64,000 nt of DNA from Sphaerodactylus townsendi (lineage: Eukaryota): NCBI RefSeq assembly GCF_021028975.2, contig NC_059433.1, positions 46,252,001-46,316,000 of the forward strand. Reading direction: 5' to 3'. Numbering within the stretch: position 1 is the first letter of the stretch; each line of letters begins with the position of its first letter. The notes below the pieces were generated by a model. The model was not told the DNA's origin, searched no databases, and worked only from the letters and a program-made list of their open reading frames with translations. Shown piece after piece: positions 11,201 to 23,119 of this stretch. Both the position numbers and the translations under genes were made by a program.

Positions 11201-14200
11201 GTAGATGGTTTCAGCATGGGAACAGGCTTGCATGGTTTCACCATTGCTGCTCTAGTTGCTAGTACTACACAGGGCAACAGGGTTTCCACATGGCCAGTTT
11301 CTACACAGTGCCCCCCCCCCCCTTTCCTCTGGCAGCAGCCTTCCCCGTCCTCTGGGGTTGTTTCAATTGTAAAAAAAAATAGTAATTTTGCACCATTACA
11401 TTGATATGCCTTTAAAACAATAAGTGTAACAATTTATATGAATTCATTTTTTAAAAAAGTAAGTTCCTAGCTCCTTCTGGTGCAGAGATACAAGGTGCAA
11501 ATCTCTACAATGTAAAAGGACTCATTTTCCTTTTTTATAATGAAACCTAAGAATTCAAAGAACATATTGTTGAATTGGATATAAATATAACATTACATTC
11601 TTTTTTTCAAACTGAAAAGTTCTCAGTGACCAGGAGAGGGGCGTGGCCACAGCCAAGGTTCCATGGGCAGGAAGCCATGATGAAACCTGCTATGAGGCCA
11701 CTGAGCTACATCAGGAGTCCCATCAGCAATGGGAAGCCTAGCAAGCCTGTGCCTGTGCTGAGACCTCCTCACAGATCACACATAAGCTTAGATGAATGTT
11801 TGGCAGCATTTCTGTCAGCAGAGTCAGCGATAGCTCAGTAGAGAGAAAGAAAGGAGGTGCTGGGTTTGTGTGTTACTAGCCCTAGTCCTGCAAACACAGA
11901 AAACACAAACCCTCGCAATTTTTAGGCTGCCCCCCACAGTCCTTTCTCAATAGGGACACAGGAGCTCTTATGACAGAACATTAGATGATAATACTTTTCT
12001 GTCCTGCCTATCACCTTTCTTCCGTCGTTTAACTTATCTAAACATTTATGAGAGTCATTATTTATAACAAACTGTACAGTGTGATGCAAAATGCAGGAGA
12101 CTTATAAGGGTCAAAACATTCAGTTCCAAGGCAGTGTTAACCCAACACATCTAAGTACCCATAGTGGAAAGTCCACATTTCCTTTTAATGGAACCACCTT
12201 TACCTTGAAGATACTTAAAATCACACACAAAATCAGCATCTATGAAGGTTAGGTCTTTATCCTTATATATTATTTGCAGCAAAACATTAGATGTGCAGGC
12301 CCAAAAAATGTTAGATTTGATTTGCATATATCTTACCAATTTTGATAATGCCCTGGAACCTGAGTAAATAATTCCCACAAAAAGTGCAGAAGCTGGAAGC
12401 CATGCAATGACTTCAGTCCTGTAAAAGATCAGTGGAGGATGCAGTCATAACTCTACCAGGCTGTGGTTATGCATGAATATCAAAAGCAGTCATGGCCGCT
12501 CCACATCACATTTCTCCCTCACTTCTTTCTACACAATAATTTTGGTCAGCTGTAAGTACAGAGAACATTGGGAGCTTTGCAAGATGTGCATCTCAGAGCT
12601 AAAGCAAGTATCACGTTGAGAGTTCTGCAATTATAGCTCTTAAACACTTATCTTAAAAAAATAGCAGGTGGATAGGTCCTGATTCATACTGAGATTGCAG
12701 TATGGAGGAAAGGGAATTAATATTCTCCCCCCCCCCCCCGATGCCATCTGCCGGACTTGAAACAGCAACACTGTGAACGGCTATGTGCCCCACAGACTGC
12801 TTGCATGTTTGCCTAAGCAAGACAAATAGCGGGTATGCAGAGCTGTTTCAGCATGGAGAAATGGCAAGTGGGGAGAAGGTTACAAGCTTTCTCTCTCTGC
12901 ATCACAATTCTGATCTTAACCAGAGGCTAGCAGGCCTGTTTTTAATAAACTGAATTTATAAGAACTGAAATGCCAATGTCATATTTGAGTTGGTCCTTAC
13001 TCTCATCACTATTGTGTTACAAATAAGGTCTCCTGCTCCAGACTAGGCAGTACCTGGAGTTTGTGGGGATGGAACCAGAGGATGGTGGGATCAGGGGAGA
13101 GGAAAAACTTCAGTGGGGTATAATGCCATAGATGCACTTTCCAAAGCAGCCAGGTGAACTAATCTCTGTCATCTGGAGATCAGCTGAATTAGCAGATCTC
13201 CCACTACCACCTGGAGGTTGGTAACCCTAGTTACAAATGTATTTGCCAGGGGTCTTCAAACTATGGCCCTCCAGATGTTCATGGACTACAATTCCCACCA
13301 GCTCCTGCCAGCATGGCCAAGTGGTAGGGCTCATGGGAATTGTAGTCTATGAACATCTGGAGGGCCATAGTTTGAAAACCCCTCGTATTTGCTATCAACA
13401 AATTTATGGTGGTTTGAGTACATAAATTTTCAAGAACTGTGAGTTTTGACTATTCAATGTCCTAGCTGCTTGACCTCCTCAGGAAGGTTGCTGCAATGGC
13501 AGGCCTAGAAAGATGTTTTAAAAACAGGAGTGAAATTAAGCTAGTAGAGGCCCGTATGACCTAAATAACCCAGACTGCCCTGATTTTGTAAGATCTCAGA
13601 AGCTAAGCAGGGTTGGCCCTGCCAAGCATTTGGATGGGAGACCTCCAAGCAATACCAGGACCATGTCATGGAAGCAGGCAATGGCAAACCATCCCCAATG
13701 TCTTGCCTTGAAAATCCTGCCAGGAGGTGACATAGATCAGATATGACTTGACAGCAGAATGGAGCATGCAAGTAGCCAAGATGTTACCTTTTCTTCCATT
13801 TTCTACCCCCTCTGCTCAAGAGAAATAGTATTCGCAAGAAATTCATGTTAATTTAGCCTGCACATAAGATGTAATATTGTGGTTTTCAAAAGAACATTTG
13901 GGCTATTTAGTGTCATTTTGTATTATATTACTATCATAAGAGAGTATCAGCTATTCCCATAGGATGAAAAAGATCCACATCTGATGACAATACACATTTG
14001 ATTTCTCATCAGGTGCTTTGCTATGCACCTGATGAACAATTCAGAAAATTACAAAAATATACAGGAATTTCTTAGACTTCTTTATACTGTAATTAGCCCA
14101 AGTGGATGGTTATTTTTGTAGACTATTATAATACTTTTAAGGCCATTGGTTTTAATGGAAACTTGTCTGCATCAAATTGGCAATGACTGTGATTACCGCT

Positions 14201-17200
14201 TGTGTAACCTCAAATAAGTTGTTTGCTTAAGACAAGCAATACCACTTCAGTTGTAGCAACTTTGTAAAAATAAAGTCCTAAAGCTTGAGAACAAGATTTC
14301 AGTATGGAAAACAGAGATCACTAACCACAATGTGAAGCTTAAAGAATCTCAGAAATGCTCGCCTCTCCATTGCGGTTATACAAAATGCAATAGAAAAGGG
14401 CAGTAGAAGTGTTCCCATGATGCAAATACAGAATTCTATCCTGCCAAGAGGGATTTTTTTTACTAGTCCTAGAAAAGAATGTCTGACACATTAGGAAAAG
14501 CTTTGACAGCAGACAACAGTCTTGCATACCAACCCATACAATAGCCAGGCAAAGAGTTTTCTGTAATGACTGTCCCAAAGTTCCTGTGCAGGGTGAGTTC
14601 TAGGATCAAATCAGCCAAATGATTGCTTGTGGGGAGGTGGGACAGTGAGGAAATCCTGATGCACGGCAGGGGTTCAGTGTCTTCTCAGTCAATAGCTGTG
14701 CAGGAAGGACTGAGCATGGTTTCCTGGAGCCAACTGGCAGTGGCACAGAAAGGGGCTACAGGCATCCATTCTTTGGTGCAACAAAATTACCTTGAACCAG
14801 TCCTACCTGTCTGATATAATCTCTGGCAAACAAGGAGGAAGAATGTTACATTACCAGAGAGCAAGGATAAGTGTGTCAATCTGTATCTGCAAGGTATGCC
14901 TATACACTTCAACTGGATTAACAGTCATCTCCTTTTGCACAGGCTTTTAATTTGTGTTTATAGCACACTGGTTTATTTGCGTTACTTACTGTCCGTTTTC
15001 CTCACTGAGACTCATAATGGATTACACAATGTAAGTTAATACAATCAACACGATGAGACATGCAATAAACAATGCAATACATAAGAACATAAGAACATAA
15101 GAACTAGCCTGCTGGATCAGACCAGAGTCCATCTAGTCCAGCATTCGGCTACTCGCAGTGGCCCACCAGGTGCCTTTGGGAGCTCACATGCAGGAGGTGA
15201 AAGCAATGGCCTTCTGCTGCTGCTGCTGCTCCTGAGCACCTGGTCTGCTAAGGCATTTGCAATCTGAGATCAAGGAGGATCAAGATTGGTAGCCATAGAT
15301 TGACTTCTCCTCCATAAATCTGTCCAAGCCCTTTTTAAAGCTATCCAGGTTAGTGGCCATCACCACCTCCTGTGGCAGCATATTCCAAAGACCAATCACA
15401 CATTGTGTGAAGAAGTGTTTCCTTTTATTAGTCCTAATTCTTCCCCCCAGCATTTTCAATGAATGCCCCCTGATTTGATGCGGAAATCTGAAACCAAGCA
15501 GGAATCAGAAACAGAGCTGCAACTAGGCATAAGCATCAACGCAATATGTTCTGTCTCTGTTTTATGGATAGTTTTATGCTATTCAATGACTTGTCTTTAA
15601 ATAATGTGATGCTGTTTTAATTTTATGGACACCTCAAAGAAGACTCTGAAGAGGCAGCAGAAAAACAGCCTAAACAAATACGCCTCCGCAAAGATAAGGT
15701 CAACCTCAGTATACATGTGAACAACCCCAGTGCAATCTAAACACAATTATGTCCTCCAAAGTCTACTGAAATGAATGAGATTAGGACTGCACTGACAGTC
15801 ACTGCTTGATTCTTAGATAGGGCATAAAGTTCCGTCTACCAGGACTGTGGTGAACAAGCTGTAATCCTGCTTCTGGCTGATGGATCCAGCTGCAATCAGC
15901 TATGATTTCATAACCTCCATTTTCAATTAATTCCACATGCTCTACGCACAGCTCCCTTTGAAGATATTTCCGAAGCAACTGCCAAAACATCCAGCCCATT
16001 TACTGATGGGGTGGGAAACAGAGAGCATATTGTTCCTGTTCTGGCTTCACTGCATTTGGCTGCCTATTTGTTTCCAAGTCCATTTCAAAGTGTTTGATCT
16101 TTAAAGCCTGGATGGCCTTGGAGCCTGTCCTCCTATATGCTCCTCCGCATTCACTCAGCACTGAAATGATGCTTTGGCTTCCAATCATTTACTCAGGTGA
16201 AATCAGCAGGAACTGTCTCCATGTTAACATTAGTCTTGCTTAGACTGACATCTAGTGGAGTGAAGTTTCAAAAGAAAACAGTAACTACCACAGCCATAGT
16301 ACAACACCATTTTAAACTGCATTTATCAAAAATGGTATTAGCAAGCTGTTTTTGTGTCACCACACAACAACATTTTGGGCAGTGTTTGTTACATATCATA
16401 GTTCTTGGATTTAGCACTGCTGTGGACAAAAATCAATTGGAGGGGGGATTTTTCCTTTACACATTTTTAGAAAATAATTTTGCATATTTCAAAGATCAGG
16501 GAGCATTCTGTTGCTAAGGATAGGAGCAGAGGGGACAAATGGGGACATCCATAATGGGGACATCTGGGGACAAATGTACCGGGCGCCCACCAGTGGAGGC
16601 GCAAAAAAATTTGGGCTCATTTCTAATTCTTTTGGTATTTTTAGTGTTTTTAATTTGTCGGACAGCAGGGGGCGCAGTTTTTAGGCTAGTGGCACCAAAA
16701 TTTCAGGTTATTGTCAGGTGGCATGCCTGATGATACCAGCCAAGTTTGGTGAAGTTTGGTTCAGGGGGTCCAAAGTTATGGACCCCCAAAAGGGGTGTCC
16801 CCATCCTCCACTGTTTCCAATGGGAGGTAATGGTAGATGGGGATATCCTTTTGAGGGTCCATAGCTTTGGACCTCCTGAACCAAACTTCATAAACCTGGG
16901 CGGTTTCATCAGGAGAGTCTCCTGAAGATAGCCTAAAATTTTGGTACTGTTAGCTTAAGCATTGCTCCCCTGACATGCACCCTCAAATTTTCCCCAGGTT
17001 CTCTCTTTAAATCTACCTCCTTTGGAGTGGATTTAAAGGGAGAATCTGGGCTCCCTGGATTAAAAAAACATTGAAAGTATTGTTGAAGGCTTTCAAGACC
17101 AGATTCAACTGGTTGTTGTGGGTTTTACAGGCTGTGTGGCCGTGGTCTGGTAGATCTTGTTCCTAACGTTTCGCCAGAATCTGTGGCTGGCATCTTCAGA

Positions 17201-20200
17201 GGTGTATCACAGAGAGAAGTCTGTTATAAGAGAAGTCTGGACACAGTGTATAACAGATTTCTCTCTGTGATACACCTCTGAAGATACCAGCCACAGATGC
17301 AGGTGAAACATTAGGAACAAGATCGACCAGACCACGGCCACACAGCTCAGAAAACCCACAACAACCAACATTGAAAATGATGCTGTTTGGGGTGGGTGAG
17401 TGGAGAATCTATCCTGAGACAGCATCACTTTCAATGTTGTTTAAACTAGGGAGCCCTGGGTGTGTTCAGATTTGTGTGTTGGGGCATGTTCTATAATGTG
17501 ATGGTGACTTTGAGATGACCTGGTACAAAAAATGTTGTTTGGTCGTGGTGGGGGAGGGTGGCCGCCCATATGGGGGGAGGCGCAAAATTCAGATTTTTGT
17601 CCTGGGCTCCATTTTCCCTAGCTACGCCTCTGGATAGAAGCACTCCCATTCTGCAATCATACCATTGGTTTCCTATAAGTTACCAAGTTCACTTCAAGGT
17701 ATCAACTATCACATACAAAGCCCTTCATGGCTGCAGTCCTTCATTTCTGCAAGACCTATTCTCTCCCTATGCTCTGCCACAACAACTTTGATCATCTCAG
17801 AACAGCCTTTTGCAGATGTCACCTTGAAAACTGGCAAAATGCATAACCACCCATATTCATGCATACTTGTATCCCCCACCTTATGAAATGACCTGCCTGA
17901 TGAGGTTAGGAAAGATCCCACTCTCCTGGCTTTCTGCAAACTATGCTTAATGGAATAATTAAAGAGGGATTTTTTTTAGAAGTAATAGGACAATATTGTA
18001 ATGTAATAGTTCAGAAGGTTACATTAGGAAAGGAATAGAAACTGTGACCTATACTACAGTATTGTTACCAACTTTATAAATATCCTGTGACTACATATTT
18101 TCTGCACTACTTAATATGTTTAAATTCTTATGCTTTGTGTCAGCTGTTTTCAGATTTCTGTATCCACATCTTATTGCAATGTTTGTCCCATCTTGTTGAC
18201 TGAATTTGACTTACATTATATAATCCAATCTGAGCCTCAGTAAGGTGGACTATAAATAACATATGTAATTTTAAAAAACCAATGGAAATTTGCCTTCATT
18301 TATTTCCTATAAAATATACAGATCTAATTATTATTATAAACTGTTTACTCCAATTACGACAGGTATTCAGAAAACTAGTAGTATTTCATTTCTCTTCCAA
18401 AACGTAAACTTCACAGATATGGCAGAAACAGTGATGGACAGCAGAGTCGGGTATCAGTGATAAATTAATTCATATCCCAGCAGATAGTAATCAGCATAAT
18501 TCAACAACTCAAACTATTTTGTGTTGCAATTCTACTGTACCTTGAACTGCTGCTCATCTCAACCCAGCCCCACTTCCAGGAAATGTGCAACAGAAGTCCA
18601 CCAACTAGTGTCTGCCATCTGCAATTGCAAACAAGATTTTTAAAATAATTTGCCCATGTAGAACCCAGTTAAGATTAGGACCACAGCCCTGGGATCAAGT
18701 TGATAGTTCAAGCATCACTACTACGGGTCTCTCAACATGAATAGGTTCCACAAAGGCATTATTTGCCTCAGAGGAGTAAATAGATGGAATGTATCAAACA
18801 GTTCTTTCCATGAACACATGGAGCTGCCTCATACTGATTCAGACCACTGGTCTATCAAGGCCAGTATTGTCTACTCTGACTGGCAGCAGCTTTCTAGGGT
18901 CTTGAATAAAGGGTTTTCACACCATCTGCTACCGGATCCTTTAAACTAGAGATACTGGGGATTGAACCTGGGGCCTTCTGCATGCCAAGCAGATGTTCTT
19001 CCTCTCAGCCAGTAAAGTGGGCTTTGAGTCGGGTTCAGATTCTTGGGCCACCACTGCTCCCCATGTAAGGCCAGAGGAGCCCCTATCTGCATTTCTTGTA
19101 TATGTAATTCAAAAATAAATTATGGTTTGGGCGAAAGCATACATCCAATGTTCTTTGTTGCTTGAAAGCTGCTGTGAGTTGGTGACATGTAAATGACATA
19201 TGAATTATTCTGAGTTCCTTGAAAGGATAGAGCAAAAATGTAACAGACAAACCAGTTAAGGGTCTTGGGGCCATGAATTCATTGCTCTCCCCATCTTGGT
19301 TTCATTCCACATCCTTTTTTTCCCTTTCAAGTCGCAATCATCTTATTGAGACCCTGTAGGATTTTCAAGGCAAGAGACTGACAACAGATGGTTGCCATTG
19401 CCTGCTTCCACATCACTACCCTGGTATTCCTTGGTGGTTTCCCATAGAAATACTAATGAAGGTTGACCCTGCTTAGCTTCCAAGACTGACAAAATTGGGC
19501 TAGCCTGGGAGAGCAATAATACCGGAATGGCTAAGACTTGGGTGGGAGGCAAGAGAAGCATCCACAGAATGTACTAAATAATAAACAGACCAAAAAAAAA
19601 ACACTGTGGGGGTGTGGGACGACAAAAGAAACACACATTGGGACTTCTAAGAGATGGTCTTTTAAAAAATATTCATCATGTGAAGGCAGAAAGGTTCTCA
19701 ACCCTCAATTTACAATCTTCTTTATGATATCTCCTATCTAATCTAACCAATACCATTGTCTGTGAGATTTCTCGAGAAGGAAAAACAGACACATTAGCTA
19801 ACATAAAGATGTTTAAGATAAAGATTTTATATTTGTCACTGCTTTATATTGTTACATAGGGTTTAGAATCATATTGGAGAAAATGTGTTTGTACTTACCC
19901 TTGAAAAAGGGTAGGGTAGGTGAATTTCAAGACAGACAAGACATACTGGAAAACAAATGCTAAATTAGTCATTATGCAGTAACAGTGCAAGCAAAATAAG
20001 AAATGTTTACAGAAATCATAAGCATGACTGTTCAGTGTAAGCATTCTAGGCATGAAGACATGCTAGTCTCAGTACACACTCGAGGGAAGGGGGAGTTTTT
20101 AATATTATGATTTCTGCAATATATTTTTAAAACTTGTGGAGATGGGCCCCCAAACTGCTATGAAACAAATGACTGTAATGTTGGAATGGCATGTGACTAC

Positions 20201-22071
20201 AAAACATAGGAATGTGGAGAAAATCCAAACATGCATCAGATAAGCTTTTTTACTGCATGAAAAATACATCACCTGGTACAACAGTTTCTGCTGTCCTCAA
20301 ATTACAAAACTTTTTAAGCTTAATTCCATATAATGTCTTAAAAATATAAACTTAAAATGTTAAAAGCACAAAAGTTGCCATAAACCACCACCACAGAACA
20401 GGCCATGTCTCTTGTCACCCAGCTAAGCTAGAGGCCTCTGAAGATGAATCTCAAAGAAGGGGGAGGTTCATAAAGAAATAAGTAGTTGTGACTTTATCCT
20501 CCACCACTTTGGTGGTAAGGAGTTAACCAAACAGCTATTCTGCAAAACTGAGAACCACAAAAATGCTGTCCTAAGAAGAGTAACACCCTTCTTAAGTCCA
20601 TTGATTTCAGTGGATTTAGAAGGGTGTCACTAATTTAGGAGGGCTCATTAAGGCTTCTGTTCTAAGAATGCTGAAAGTAAGTCCCATGGAATAAAGGACC
20701 CTGACTTTATTTGAATAAAATGAAACTTGCTTCCAAATAGACAGGTTTGGGATTGCTTCCTAAAAGTGCGAGCCAGCTAGCCAGCCTCAAAAGATGTACA
20801 GCTTTGCTTGCTTTGTGACAGAGCTGCAGGAATGGCCTTGACCTTGTGCAGTAGTTATGAACTGATTGCTTGTGATATTCAAAACAGATGCTAAGAAATA
20901 GTTTGTTATCAAATTGTTGGATTCTACTGATTTGGTTCCATCTGTTTCTGCATTCCTATAATCTGATTTTCTAAAGGGTAGTGTAAGATTTCACTGCTCT
21001 GTTCTTTGAATGACACAAAGGCTGGAATGGATTAATATGCCACTTGTTACAGAAGTGGAAACAAAATAATTTTAATCTTGTGTTAAACAGTCATTAGGAT
21101 CACATCAGGAAGAATCAAGGACCAGAGCCAAAGCAGTTTAAATTGACGATGTGGAAGTGTTCTTTTGATCGAACTTTATATCTTAAGACTCGATGTCCAG
21201 TCCAATTTAACAAAAAAGACTACTTCAAACTGTTGCAATTTGAAGCAAATTACAGGTTTTAACTTGTTTTATCTCTTGAGAGTGTAATGTTTTATTGAAT
21301 GTATATTCTTCTGGCAGCTTATACAAGATCAGACAATGCTACAGCTTCAAAACCAAACAGCATCCCCAAATACTCTTGGTCTAAGAAAACATTTATAATG
21401 AAATTAACTTTGTCTCACTTTCCAGCCTGTGAAATTTTCCAGTGTTTAATGATAATAATTTAACAGTACCCTTTACTCATTGAAATACTGTATAGCTCTT
21501 CTCCTCTCAAAATGACCTTCTGGTTATTCTAAGTCATCACTTTGAGTTTTGCAATTATTCCCACAGCCCTAGTAAGTGTTTTTACCATGTTCAGTATCCT
21601 AGTTCAACAACAACCCATGTCTTGGCCACATGAAACAAAAGGCTCAGTCCAGACTGTCTCTCGAAGAGCTCTGTAAGTGATTAGCAGTGCAGACTTATTT
21701 GCTTCTGCCATTCTAAGCAGACATGCGACTGAATCAAAGGCAAGCCGGGCTTGAGAATAGGTTGAATGGAGGCATGGTTCCGTTTTACTTTTCTCTGAGA
21801 AAGGATTTACTGAGATCTCAAAAAGGAACAGAAAGTCAATAAACAGCAGCCTAAACTGCCTGGCCAAGAAACATTAGCGGAAGTAGTTTCTAAGTCTTGG
21901 ACTACTTAAAGCCCAGCGAATCACAAGTGCATATAAAACTAGATGCAAACATTGGCCAATTCAATTAACTGGAATAGCTGATAGTTCCCTCATCCTCACC
22001 TTGTTGGTGAAACATGAAGTCAAGTAGAGTAAACAGAAGGTGAGACCGACTGAAGGTCTCTTTAAAGGCAT
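2204..22071 (-). CDS. TMEM241: TMEM241/SLC35D4 nucleotide-sugar transporter family protein; 5' part of gene (coding exons 1-7), continues beyond left edge
   Basis: complement(join(22000-22071,19899-19945,18541-18618,12337-12418,5033-5110,2705-2730,2204-2255)); all AG/GT bounded, phases consistent; translation MPLKRPSVGLTFCLLYLTSCFTNKYVLSVLKFTYPTLFQGWQTLVGGLLLHISWK... matches recalled human TMEM241; head-to-head with RIOK3 as in human. Confidence 0.95.
2705..2730 (-). CDS. TMEM241: TMEM241 coding exon 6 (26-nt micro-exon)
   Basis: ttttttgcag|QISLLKIC(R)|gtaagt; corresponds to human KTSPAKICS. Confidence 0.88.
3262..3455 (+). mobile_element. 5S rRNA-derived SINE (5S-Sauria-like)
   Basis: GCCTGATCTTGTCATATCTCAGAAGTTAAGCAGGGTTGGCCCTGG..TTGGATGGGAGA 5S-like head plus GGCAAAC.ACCTCTG tail. 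Confidence 0.75.
4282..4697. repeat. old degenerate inverted repeat (~200-bp arms)
   Basis: CTGCCATCTTGTGTG... / ...CACACAAAATGGCAG, centre ~4490. Confidence 0.65.
5033..5110 (-). CDS. TMEM241: TMEM241 coding exon 5
   Basis: tgacag|PIPIFLTLHNASEIITCGIEMLVKKE|gtacag, 78 nt. Confidence 0.93.
7663..11021. mobile_element. non-autonomous hAT (Charlie-like) element, interrupted by nested insertion 8056-10887
   Basis: TIRs CAGTGGTGGCGAACCT / AGCTTCGCCATCACTG; perfect 8-bp TSD CGCTATAA (7655-7662, 11022-11029). Confidence 0.9.
8056..10887. mobile_element. nested 2.8-kb non-autonomous hAT-type element with large internal palindrome
   Basis: termini CAGTGGCATTCCT / AGGTACACCCCTG; 8-bp TSD CTCACAGC/CTCAGAGC; inverted arms ~8188-9055 and ~9331-10198 (mirror ORFs 8303-8599 minus and 9787-10083 plus). 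Confidence 0.85.
12337..12418 (-). CDS. TMEM241: TMEM241 coding exon 4
   Basis: ttacag|TEVIAWLPASALFVGIIYSGSRALSKL|gtaaga, 82 nt. Confidence 0.95.
13247..13384. mobile_element. palindromic hAT MITE (138 bp)
   Basis: CAGGGGTCTTCAAACT...AGTTTGAAAACCCCTC; perfect TSD GTATTTGC. Confidence 0.88.
13548..13760 (+). mobile_element. 5S rRNA-derived SINE
   Basis: GATCTCAGAAGCTAAGCAGGGTTGGCCCTG..TTGGATGGGAGACC head, same tail. Confidence 0.75.
15079..15471 (-). mobile_element. CR1 LINE 3' fragment
   Basis: (ACATAAGA)n tail followed by GCCTGCTGGATCAGACCAGAGTCCATCTAGTCCAGC, typical squamate CR1 3' UTR in reverse. Confidence 0.75.
16527..17632. mobile_element. second copy of the palindromic hAT-type family
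   Basis: CAGAGG...CCTCTG termini, TSD GATAGGAG/GATAGAAG; shares modules with 8056-10887. Confidence 0.8.
17080..17367. mobile_element. Penelope-like inverted pLTR remnant nested in hAT element
   Basis: arms from 17110 and to 17367; similar to 62731-62954; duplicated ACATTGAAA flanks. Confidence 0.8.
17641..17975 (+). mobile_element. L2-like LINE 3' fragment
   Basis: decayed TPILQSYHWFPISYQVHFKVSTITYKALHG motif; similar fragments ~15980-16210, ~22860-23111 (minus), ~62420-62700. Confidence 0.6.
18541..18618 (-). CDS. TMEM241: TMEM241 coding exon 3
   Basis: ttgcag|WQTLVGGLLLHISWKWGWVEMSSSSR|gtacag, 78 nt. Confidence 0.95.
18810..19012 (-). mobile_element. tRNA-derived SINE with CR1-like tail
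   Basis: GGGGATTGAACCTGGG B-box (reverse) and CR1-like 3' end. Confidence 0.6.
19326..19510 (-). mobile_element. 5S rRNA-derived SINE
   Basis: reverse-complement copy of same family. Confidence 0.65.
19899..19945 (-). CDS. TMEM241: TMEM241 coding exon 2
   Basis: ttccag|YVLSVLKFTYPTLFQG|gtaagt, 47 nt. Confidence 0.95.
22000..22071 (-). CDS. TMEM241: TMEM241 coding exon 1
   Basis: MPLKRPSVGLTFCLLYLTSCFTNK, donor AAG|gtgagg; may be preceded by a 4-codon exon at 22144-22155. Confidence 0.92.
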
Positions 22072-22109
22072 CTGTTAAAGCATGAGAGCAGCAATGTTAA
22101 GGCACTTTC

Positions 22110-22400
22110 CTCCTGCCGCTTGCCCAAGAACCGATCACTTTACCGCGGCTGCCATGATACGGACACGTTGCTTTTATGTGTGCTCCAATAAGCACAAGGA
22201 AAGTGTTTGAGGAACTGCCTTCTTAAAGGGGCAGCGTTCTTGCCCGAAAGAAGGGGAAAGCCAGCAGAGCCTGTCCCCTTTGGTCTTGCAAGATCCGATT
22301 TAGAAAGAGCGCGCGGGTGTTGTTGTTTTTTGCCTTTGTGCGCTTCTTTCCCAGGAAACAGAAACGTTACAGATAAGGAATTTGGTCGCTCATCCCTACT
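22110..22400 (-). promoter_or_regulatory. probable TMEM241 promoter / 5' UTR (small CpG-enriched patch)
   Basis: local CpG enrichment (ccgcgg, gcgcgcggg) directly upstream of first coding exon in CpG-poor surroundings. Confidence 0.55.
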
Positions 22401-22589
22401 TGATACATATTCAAATATGACAATTTAGCAATCGTTTTGAGTGTATGGAGATACGCAAGTTCCACGTGTTTTGGTCTATTAGCAAAGTTTCCGTCTCTTT
22501 GGTATTTTTCATGATGCACTGTAAATGAACTAACAATCTAACACAACTACGTAGGTGAACCAACAAATATTGTGTCACATCTTTGTTTA

Positions 22590-22660
<71 letters not shown>
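22590..22660. repeat. (TTGA)n microsatellite
   Basis: about 17 perfect units. Confidence 0.95.
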
Positions 22661-22662
<2 letters not shown>

Positions 22663-23119
22663 CTTCCATTCCCCATGGCAGGGTCAAGGTGGCTTATAGT
22701 GAATATATAGATTGAAACATCAGTGCTTGGTATCATCCCGATGGTGCTAAAATTGAGAGAATTGAGAGAATAGCAAAAACTAATTGAGAGAATAGCAAAA
22801 ATAAAGGGAAGGAAGTAAGGGTGTAGGAAAAAGGACAGGGAGGCCAGGTCTGTTGGAAACACCATTGCTTTCCTCAATCATAGGCCTGGTGGATTGAGCC
22901 CTGCAGAACTGTAAAAGCTCCTGCAGAGATCTTCTCTCATTCGACAGCGTTCCACCAGGCTGAGACCAGAGCTGAAAACACTCTGGTCCTGGTCGAACGT
23001 AGCTGAACACTTTTTGGGCTAGGGACCACCAGCAAGTTGTTGTCAATAGAGCAGAATGCTCTCTTAGGGGTATATGTGGAGAGATGGTTCCATAAATATG
23101 AGGGCCCCAGACTGCTCAG

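Noticed and set aside
22587-22877. ORF ending in (NQSI)n
   Set aside because: Translation of the (TTGA)n microsatellite
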